Position numbers and translations under genes: made by a program. The notes under the pieces are model-generated. The model did not search any database. It saw only the letters and a list, made by a program, of their open reading frames with translations, and was not told the DNA's origin. This document shows positions 35,802 to 42,602 of a stretch of DNA of 42,602 nucleotides, one piece after another. Source of the DNA: Dehalococcoidia bacterium. Lineage in GTDB: Bacteria; Chloroflexota; Dehalococcoidia; GIF9; AB-539-J10. The DNA lies in NCBI GenBank assembly GCA_009619075.1, contig WJOY01000013.1, forward strand, positions 1 to 42,602, read 5' to 3'. Each line of letters starts with the position of its first letter. The first letter of the stretch is position 1.

Positions 35802-35917
35802 ATCATTCTGCGCGCAAGCGAAGAATCTCAAGACCCTTCGCGGAGTTTACCCTGAGCGAGATTCTTCGGTCGCTTCGCTCCCTCAGAATGACAGGAAGCG
35901 AAGGGCTCAGGGTGACA
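35802..35917. repeat. Three-level nested cluster of GTCA/GNA hairpin repeats between dapB and asd
   Basis: Unit 35802-35829; outer AGACCCTTCGC...GCTCAGGGTGACA (35831-35917); middle CCCTGAGCG^AAGCGAAGGG; inner unit 35858-35893. Confidence 0.88.
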
Positions 35918-35927
35918 ATAAAGAACC

Positions 35928-36725
35928 CTACAGCTTCAGTAAGGCCTCCAATCCATAAATTAACCTTTTGTGCTTTGCAACCTCTCTGATTGCCAAAATA
36001 ACGCCGGGCATATAAGCTTCTCGACTTATAGCCTCATGGCGTAAGCTCAAGGTCTGGCCTATCCCGCTAAAGATAACTTCTTGTCCCGCCATAAATCCTG
36101 GCAACCTCAGGCTATGGATAGCTACACCCTCTATTTGCCCCCCCCTGACGCTGCTAACTACTTCTCTCTCGGTTTTAGGGCAGATGAAAGGTTTGCCACG
36201 GGCTTGTAGCATAGCTTTTGCTGTAGCCATAGCAGTTCCCGAAGGGGCATCAATTTTCTTATCATGGTGCATTTCTACGATCTCAGCATAATCGAAAAAA
36301 TTGGCAGCAACCTTTGCCAAATGCATCAAGAGCACTGCTCCTAAGGAAAAATTAGGTGCCACCACAGCACCAACGTTATTGGCTCGACATAGCTGCTCAA
36401 TCTCCTTCAGATTTTCCTCAGAAAGTCCTGTGGTACCTATAACCATGTTAACTCCTTGCTTAACAGCGATGCGAGCGGCTGCTATGGAAGCTGCAGCATT
36501 GGTAAAATCTACTAATACGGCAGGATTGCAACTCTTCAAAAGAGAGCCTAAATCAGAGGAAAATGGTATCAGCTCTGAAGTCTCCGGTAAAGGAAGATAC
36601 TGCTGAGTTACTTTCTCCTCCACAGCGCCAACTATCTCTAACCCGAGCTCATTGAGCACAGCTTTAGTCACCTCCCGCCCCATCTTGCCTAAAGCTCCAT
36701 TGATAACTATTCTTATGGCTTCCAT
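35928..36725 (-). CDS. dapB: 4-hydroxy-tetrahydrodipicolinate reductase
   Basis: GALGKMG, VDFT, IGTTG, APNFSLG, EMHHDKKIDAPSGTA, HSLRLPG. Confidence 0.96.
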   Translation of the reverse strand: MEAIRIVINGALGKMGREVTKAVLNELGLEIVGAVEEKVTQQYLPLPETSELIPFSSDLGSLLKSCNPAVLVDFTNAAASIAAARIAVKQGVNMVIGTTGLSEENLKEIEQLCRANNVGAVVAPNFSLGAVLLMHLAKVAANFFDYAEIVEMHHDKKIDAPSGTAMATAKAMLQARGKPFICPKTEREVVSSVRGGQIEGVAIHSLRLPGFMAGQEVIFSGIGQTLSLRHEAISREAYMPGVILAIREVAKHKRLIYGLEALLKL

Positions 36726-36753
36726 GTGTCACTCCTTAACATGCCGATATAGG

Positions 36754-38955
36754 TTATTTATTATAATCGGAATAGCGACCGCCCTTATTAGGCGAATGAG
36801 TATGATGATAGTTTGGCTGCCTCTGCCAACGATGTTCAGAGGCTAAGGAATCCTTCACTTTAGCACCGGGTATGCGAGAAAATCCTTCAACCACTGCTTT
36901 ACGTGATAAGTTTATCCTGCCTAACTCGTCAATCCCAATGACTTTGACCATTATCTCATCACCAACTCTAACCACGTCTTCAACTTTAGCTACATGATAA
37001 TCAGCAAGCTCACTGATATGGACTAGGCCTTCCTTGCCCGGGAAGATTTCTACCATGGCGCCAAAGTTCAGCAGCCTCGTTACTCTTCCAGTATAAATAT
37101 CCCCTGGTTTCGCTTCCTGGGTTAAATCTTCTATCATTTTGATCGCCTTTTGGACTGCCTCCTCACTGGGGGAGCCAACAATAACCGTGCCATCACTCCT
37201 TACGTCTATAGTTGTTTTGGTCTCCTCCGTAATGGATCTTATGGTTCTACCTCCAGGGCCAATAACATTGCCAATCTTGCTTGCAGCAATAGTTATCTCA
37301 TGTATCCTGGGAGCGTAGGGGCTAATTCCGGGGCGGCTAGTACTGATAGTTTGTGCCATCTTGTCCAATATCTCCAAGCGAGCCTGGCGAGCTTGGGTTA
37401 GGGATTCAGCTAGAATTTTGGAGTCCACACCAGCAACTTTAATATCAAGCTGCAAGGCCGTAATTCCCCTAGATGTGCCAGCAACTTTAAAATCCATGTC
37501 ACCACAGGCATCTTCTATACCCTCAATATCAGTTAGGATAACATGCTCCCCATTCTCCCCGGTGACCAGCCCCATAGCTATTCCAGCTACTGGTGCCTTG
37601 ATAGGTACGCCAGCATCCATTAATGAAAGGGTTGAACCGCAGGTACTGGCCATAGATGTGCTCCCATTAGAGCTAAGCACTTCGGAAACCAAACGAACAG
37701 TGTAAGGGAAATCCTCTTCCGAAGGTAGTATTGGCCTAATAGCCCGCTCCCCTAGAGCGCCATGCCCAATTTCGCGCCTCCCTGGCGACCCTGCTCGTTT
37801 TACCTCGCCCGAGGAGAACGGAGGAAAATTATAATGGTGCATGAAGCGTTTGGTTTCTGCCAAGCCTAAACCATCCAATAACTGCTCCTGTCTTGCCGAC
37901 CCCAGGGTGGTGATAGTCAAAGTTTGTGTTCCTCCCCGGGCGAATAGACCCGAGCCGTGAGCACGAGGTAGAAGGCCAACTTCACAGTGGATAGGGCGAA
38001 TTTCATCAGCCCGTCGGCCATCCACATGCCGTTTTCCCTGCAAAATCCTCTTCCTTATCTCTGCTTTAAGCCGGGCTTCAAAGGCAAAATCCACCTCTTC
38101 CTCGGAGAAAGAGTCAATTAACTTCTGTTTCGCTTCATCCCTAAGCGATGCTAAAACTTGCTCTCGCCCTAATTTTCCTGGTTGCCCTAGAGCTTCGTTC
38201 AGCTTGTCACCAAGCAAAGTAGAGATATGAGCTGAGAGTTCAGGAGCAACCTCTCTAGCTTTGACTTCCACTTTGGGTTTGCCATAAGCTTGCTGCAGCT
38301 CCTCCTGGAGTTTAATAATCTCTTGGTTAGCTTCATGCCCAAATTCGATTGCTTCAAGCGCTAAGCTCTCAGAGGCCTCTTTGGCGCCTGCCTCCACCAT
38401 CACTATATCTTGCCTAGTGCTAGCGACAGCTACATCGAGCAAACAGTTTTCAATTTGGGGCAAAGTGGGATTTAGAACCAAATTATCATCTATGTAGCCA
38501 ATATGCACTGCTGATACCGGACCTGAAAATGGAATATCAGATATAGTTAAGGCTGCTGAGGCACCGATAAGGGCGCAAATATCAGGGTCATTTTCCTTGT
38601 CGACGGAGAGCACCGTAGCTATAACTTGTAGCTCGTGGTTAAATTCCTTGAGAAGAAGTGGTCTTAAGCATCGATCGATAAACCGGCAGGTTATAATTGC
38701 TCCCTCAGTGGGGCGTCCTTCTCGCCTGAAGAAACTACCTGGTATTTTACCCGCTGCGTACAGTTTTTCTTCATAGTCCACTGTTAGGGGCACGAAGCCC
38801 ATCCTCTCTGTAGGCTCATTGGCAGCACAGGCAGTGACCAACACCACTGTATCCCCATAACGGACAACGACAGCACCATTCGCCTGCTGTGCGAGTTTCC
38901 CTATTTCGATGGTAAGTATTCGACCGGCTATTGTGCGCTCAAAAATTTGAGACAT
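36754..38955 (-). CDS. pnp: Polyribonucleotide nucleotidyltransferase
   Basis: AGKIPGSFFRREGRP, RAHGSGLF.RG, HHYNFPPFS, RREIGHG, GDMDFKVAG, KH and S1 domains. Confidence 0.97.
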   Translation of the reverse strand: MSQIFERTIAGRILTIEIGKLAQQANGAVVVRYGDTVVLVTACAANEPTERMGFVPLTVDYEEKLYAAGKIPGSFFRREGRPTEGAIITCRFIDRCLRPLLLKEFNHELQVIATVLSVDKENDPDICALIGASAALTISDIPFSGPVSAVHIGYIDDNLVLNPTLPQIENCLLDVAVASTRQDIVMVEAGAKEASESLALEAIEFGHEANQEIIKLQEELQQAYGKPKVEVKAREVAPELSAHISTLLGDKLNEALGQPGKLGREQVLASLRDEAKQKLIDSFSEEEVDFAFEARLKAEIRKRILQGKRHVDGRRADEIRPIHCEVGLLPRAHGSGLFARGGTQTLTITTLGSARQEQLLDGLGLAETKRFMHHYNFPPFSSGEVKRAGSPGRREIGHGALGERAIRPILPSEEDFPYTVRLVSEVLSSNGSTSMASTCGSTLSLMDAGVPIKAPVAGIAMGLVTGENGEHVILTDIEGIEDACGDMDFKVAGTSRGITALQLDIKVAGVDSKILAESLTQARQARLEILDKMAQTISTSRPGISPYAPRIHEITIAASKIGNVIGPGGRTIRSITEETKTTIDVRSDGTVIVGSPSEEAVQKAIKMIEDLTQEAKPGDIYTGRVTRLLNFGAMVEIFPGKEGLVHISELADYHVAKVEDVVRVGDEIMVKVIGIDELGRINLSRKAVVEGFSRIPGAKVKDSLASEHRWQRQPNYHHTHSPNKGGRYSDYNK

Positions 38956-38956
38956 A

Positions 38957-39223
38957 TTATTTCCTCAAACCTAATCTGGCGGTAAGTGAGTAATATCGTT
39001 CCGGGTCTGTCTTATTAAGGTACTTCAGTAGTCGTCTGCGCTGCCCTAGCAGTTTAAGAAGAGCATGGCGCGAGTGTTGGTCGTGGGAATGCGCCTTGAG
39101 GTGTTCCATTAATTGCTTTACCCTTTCAGTAAGCAATGCCACCTGAACTTCAACCGACCCAGTATCATCCTCACTAAGCCTAAATTGTGTAAAAATATCG
39201 CCTTTCTTTTCTTTTTCTAGCAT
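38957..39223 (-). CDS. rpsO: 30S ribosomal protein S15
   Basis: DTGSVEVQVALLT, HL..H..D.HSR..LLKL.G.RRRLL.YL, LGLRK. Start ATG 39223 with RBS GAGGGG. Confidence 0.96.
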   Translation of the reverse strand: MLEKEKKGDIFTQFRLSEDDTGSVEVQVALLTERVKQLMEHLKAHSHDQHSRHALLKLLGQRRRLLKYLNKTDPERYYSLTARLGLRK

Positions 39224-39359
39224 ATAACCCCTCAATCTAATATAATATGGCACATTATATCACAGCAGGAAAATCCCTGTATAGGATGAGGTAAGATAGT
39301 AGTATCCTCCTCACCTGCCCTTTTTTTAAGAAGTAAAGACTATCAAGTATACCAATAAA

Positions 39360-39388
39360 TTGACCAAAAAATTATAACAGTCTATAAT
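39360..39388 (+). promoter_or_regulatory. Sigma70-type promoter of the purF operon
   Basis: TTGACC (39360-39365), 17 bp, TATAAT (39383-39388), 20 nt before the purF ATG. Confidence 0.75.
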
Positions 39389-39408
39389 TTGCCACGAAGG
39401 CACCCTCA

Positions 39409-40821
39409 ATGCATGAGAGTTGCGGCATCTTTGGAGTTTATGCTCACAGAATAGACATAGCTCGTCTCATCTTCTTTGGACTTTTTGCTCTCCAGCACCG
39501 CGGTCAAGAAAGCGCTGGCATCGCTGTCAGCAATGGTAGTGAAATAAAAATACACACTAAAATGGGGTTGGTTTCCCAGGCGTTCACAGAAAGTGACCTT
39601 GCTCAACTCAAAGGATATATCGGCATCGGGCATAACCGCTACTCTACTGCAGGCTCAAGCAAACCAGCCAATGCCCAACCTATTATAGCGAAATCAGAAG
39701 GGTTGACCCTTGCTTTAGCGCATAATGGTAATATTCTCAATGCCAAGTTACTCCGTGACGAGCTCCACGTGGATGGCTATAGCTTCCATACCTCCTCTGA
39801 TTCCGAAGTCATCGCCAACCTAATTTTGGCCTCTCCTGGCAAAAGCTGGGAGGAAAGAATTAGACACGCTATGTACCGCCTCCAAGGAGCTTATTCGCTG
39901 GTAATCATGACCCAGAATAAGCTCATTGGGGTTCGTGACCCTATGGGTGTTCGCCCACTCTGTTTGGGAACTGTTGATAACGGCTGGGTAATCGCCTCGG
40001 AAAGCTGTGCCCTAGACCACATAGGCGCCCAGTTCACCAAGGAAATCAAACCTGGGGAAATTGTGGTTATCAATGCCGATGGAGTAAAGAGTTTTAAGGG
40101 CAAGAATGATAAAAAGGCTTTATGCATTTTCGAATATATCTATTTCGCCCGCCCTGACAGCATCATCCAAGGTAAACTGCTTTACCCAGCAAGACAAGCC
40201 ATGGGTGAAATATTAGCTCAAGAATACCCTGTTGAGGCTGATCTGGTCATGGGTATTCCCGACTCAGCTACTGCTGCTGGCATTGGCTATTCTCATGTTT
40301 CAGGCATCCCCTATTGTGAAGGCTTACTTAAGAACCGCTATGTGGGACGCACCTTTATTGAGCCTGATCAAAGGCTGAGAGAGCTTGGCGTTCAGTTAAA
40401 ATTCAATCCCCTCTCCCGGATAATCTCTGGAAAACGATTGGTGGTCGTTGATGACAGTATCGTTCGCGGTACCACCACCCCTCGGGTAGTCAATTTACTA
40501 AGGAAAGCCGGTGCTAAAGAGGTGCATCTTCGTATTTGTGCTCCACCTATTCGCCATCCCTGCTTCTTGGGTGTGGATATGGCCACCGAATGGGAACTCA
40601 TCGCTGCCAGAAAGACTACCCCGGAAATCAGGGATTACCTCTGTGCTGACTCGCTTGGTTACCTTAGCCTCGACGGCTTGATTCGAGCTGTTGATCTGCC
40701 CAGAGAGATTTTTTGCCTGGCTTGCTTCACTGGAGACTATCCCATTCCAGTGCAGATGGGAATGGATAAGCTAGCCCTGGAAACGATGCCCGAAGAGGAA
40801 CCCATTGGAAGCCAGAAGTAA
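39409..40821 (+). CDS. purF: Amidophosphoribosyltransferase
   Basis: ESCGIFG, LQHRGQESAG, GHNRYST, CIFEYIYFARPDS, VDDSIVRGTT, CLACFTG. Confidence 0.97.
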   Translation: MHESCGIFGVYAHRIDIARLIFFGLFALQHRGQESAGIAVSNGSEIKIHTKMGLVSQAFTESDLAQLKGYIGIGHNRYSTAGSSKPANAQPIIAKSEGLTLALAHNGNILNAKLLRDELHVDGYSFHTSSDSEVIANLILASPGKSWEERIRHAMYRLQGAYSLVIMTQNKLIGVRDPMGVRPLCLGTVDNGWVIASESCALDHIGAQFTKEIKPGEIVVINADGVKSFKGKNDKKALCIFEYIYFARPDSIIQGKLLYPARQAMGEILAQEYPVEADLVMGIPDSATAAGIGYSHVSGIPYCEGLLKNRYVGRTFIEPDQRLRELGVQLKFNPLSRIISGKRLVVVDDSIVRGTTTPRVVNLLRKAGAKEVHLRICAPPIRHPCFLGVDMATEWELIAARKTTPEIRDYLCADSLGYLSLDGLIRAVDLPREIFCLACFTGDYPIPVQMGMDKLALETMPEEEPIGSQK

Positions 40822-41827
40822 GCAAACCTATGCTCTCGCTGGCGTCAATATTGAGGCAGCCGATAAGATAAAAAAAATAATCGCCAGGCAAGCTCAATCC
40901 ACCTTTCGCCCTCAAGTCCTCAATTTTGGCTCCTTCGGCAGTATGTTTCAAATTAAAGGATATGATGAGCCTGTTTTAGTCTCCAGTGTAGATGGAGTAG
41001 GCACTAAGCTCAAGATCGCTTCGCTCTTAGATAAGAATGATACTGTGGGCATTGATATCGTTAACCATTGTGTTAACGACATTCTCTGCTGTGGTGCCGA
41101 GCCACTTTTCTTCCTCGACTATATTGCTATGGGTAAACTCGTGCCCCAGCAAATAGAGGCTATTATTACAGGCATAGCTCAAGCTTGTCAGGAAATTGGC
41201 TGCTCCTTAATCGGCGGTGAAACTGCTGAGATGCCCGGCATTTATTCCCAAGGGAGCTATGATTTGGTTGGCTTTATTGTTGGAGTGGTAGAAAAGGCAA
41301 GTATTATTGATGGCAGTCCCATAAATGCAGGCGATGTAATTCTTGGCTTGCCATCCTCTGGCTTACATACCAACGGCTACTCGTTAGTGCGAAGAGTTTT
41401 TAGAATAGATGATAACCCCTCCTGCCTAAATAACTTCTATCCCGAGCTGGGAAAAACATTAGGCGAGGAATTGCTCCAAGTCCACCGCTGCTATTATCCT
41501 GAGCTTAAACCGATCTTATCCTTAATTAAAGGTTTAGCTCATGTTACCGGTGGGGGGGTTATGGGAAATGTGCCCCGCATTCTACCTGAAGGCCTTGTTG
41601 CTCATCTTCATAAAGGCTCCTGGAATATACCCCCTATCTTCAAACTTATTCAGAAGCAGGGAGATATTGAGGAGGCAGAAATGTATCGCGTGTTCAACAT
41701 GGGAATAGGCATGACCATTGTGTGCTCACCACAACAAGTAACTAAATTGACTGCTGTTTTACCTCAAGCTAAGGTTATTGGTGAGGTTGTTAAAACGCAG
41801 GAGAGACAAAGAGTAATTATACGTTAA
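40805..41827 (+). CDS. purM: Phosphoribosylformylglycinamidine cyclo-ligase
   Basis: TYALAGVNI, VDGVGTK, NHCVND, FFLDY, GGETAEMP, SSGLHTNGYSL, HVTGGG, VFNMGIG. Confidence 0.96.
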   Translation: MEARSKQTYALAGVNIEAADKIKKIIARQAQSTFRPQVLNFGSFGSMFQIKGYDEPVLVSSVDGVGTKLKIASLLDKNDTVGIDIVNHCVNDILCCGAEPLFFLDYIAMGKLVPQQIEAIITGIAQACQEIGCSLIGGETAEMPGIYSQGSYDLVGFIVGVVEKASIIDGSPINAGDVILGLPSSGLHTNGYSLVRRVFRIDDNPSCLNNFYPELGKTLGEELLQVHRCYYPELKPILSLIKGLAHVTGGGVMGNVPRILPEGLVAHLHKGSWNIPPIFKLIQKQGDIEEAEMYRVFNMGIGMTIVCSPQQVTKLTAVLPQAKVIGEVVKTQERQRVIIR

Positions 41828-41863
41828 GAGGCTGAGTAATTCTTTCGAGAGGAGTGTGGGACT

Positions 41864-42304
41864 ATGAATAAGTTAAGAAAACGGGACAAAATGGTAGTAA
41901 TTCTGCTTTTGATTGCAAGCCTTGTATGCCTTGTGGTAGGTTTCCAATCTTTCCATTCAGCAAGAACATACTCCTGCAAAGCGTACGAGGCGATCGGGGA
42001 AGAATTAGACCACGAATGGGAGCTGCAAAATGAGGTTTCCGAACAGATCGCGTATCAAAAATCACACCCCGAAGATACCGCCCTCTCCCGTGTCAACTTT
42101 TTATCCATCATCCTGGCAGAAGAAGCATGCCGCCTATCCCAAATGAAGATTTTAGTGAATCAATCGGCATCAACAACAAATTTTGCTAAGGCAGCCTTTC
42201 TACTAGCTATAGTAGGCTGGCTCGGGGCGGTCACAGGATGGTTGTACGCTTTCAGAAAGACGAATGTTAAAAAATTGACATCTGCAAACAAAAGCAAAGG
42301 GTAA
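41864..42304 (+). CDS. Hypothetical protein with two hydrophobic helices
   Basis: 146-aa ORF with RBS GAGGAG; hydrophobic segments near both ends; no recognised motif. Confidence 0.65.
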   Translation: MNKLRKRDKMVVILLLIASLVCLVVGFQSFHSARTYSCKAYEAIGEELDHEWELQNEVSEQIAYQKSHPEDTALSRVNFLSIILAEEACRLSQMKILVNQSASTTNFAKAAFLLAIVGWLGAVTGWLYAFRKTNVKKLTSANKSKG

Positions 42305-42325
42305 TAATAAATTGAAGGGGGGATT

Positions 42326-42602
42326 ATGCGTGCCATTATAAGCGTTTCAAATAAGTCAGGCGTAGCTGATTTCGCTCGAGGTTTGCAGGAGCTAGGCGTC
42401 GAGATTTTCAGCACCGGCGGCACTAAGAAGTCACTGGAAGGGGCTGGGATAAAAGTCCACAGTATTTCGGAGCTTACCGGATTCCCCGAAATCCTTGATG
42501 GCAGGGTGAAGACGCTTCACCCTGCGGTTCATGGTGGCATTCTGGCAAGGCGCGACTTACCTCAACACTTAGCTGAGCTGGCTAAAAACCACATCGAAAC
42601 TA
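42326..42602 (+). CDS. purH: Bifunctional AICAR transformylase/IMP cyclohydrolase, 5' part (runs off window)
   Basis: [42 protein letters not shown]. Confidence 0.95.
   Translation, partial: MRAIISVSNKSGVADFARGLQELGVEIFSTGGTKKSLEGAGIKVHSISELTGFPEILDGRVKTLHPAVHGGILARRDLPQHLAELAKNHIET

Noticed and set aside
35386-35958. 190-aa plus-strand ORF and the 22-aa N-terminal extension of asd
   Set aside because: Antisense to asd and running through the nested repeat; the extension is repeat translation, not protein.
39262-39327. Weak hairpins plus T7 between divergent rpsO and purF as a purine riboswitch or S15 leader
   Set aside because: Lies upstream of the predicted purF promoter, pairing is weak and no riboswitch consensus is recognisable.
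275-42423. Remaining short ORFs in the track that overlap assigned genes (e.g. 275..610, 7461..7910, 9799..10185, 23004..23405, 37361..37705, 42160..42423)
   Set aside because: Antisense or alternate-frame shadows of well-supported genes, without RBS or recognisable motifs.

Overview
Bacterial chromosomal segment. Gene content and order (cmk-plsC-ispH, nusA-ylxR-infB-rbfA, ino1...CDP-alcohol phosphatidyltransferase-purA, rpsO-pnp-dapB-asd-dapA, purF-purM-purH) suggest Dehalococcoidia (Chloroflexota); this is inference. Bases 1-8907 look like an accessory island bracketed by two ~90% identical copies of the 5' part of cmk (truncated at 1-140, intact at 8722-9393). It carries a C45 Ntn-hydrolase, a complete Liv-type ABC transporter, a DUF5058-like pseudogene, an M20 peptidase and an internally deleted IS481-like element. 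The rest is mostly housekeeping, plus an 11-gene Fur/CooT/Znu-like/CbiMNQO metal cluster and an inositol-phospholipid/glycosylation cluster. The most striking signal is a family of short GTCA-led hairpin repeats with covarying stems, tandem G.A pairs and GNA mini-loops. Copies occur between genes, nest inside each other up to three levels deep, and sit in frame inside ispH, miaB and nadC. Three other unrelated palindromic repeat types are present, and no cognate mobilising enzyme is in the window. A 46-aa zinc-ribbon gene missed by the ORF track lies after rbfA. No rRNA, tRNA or CRISPR array was seen. All family assignments come from motif recognition by eye, not database searches.
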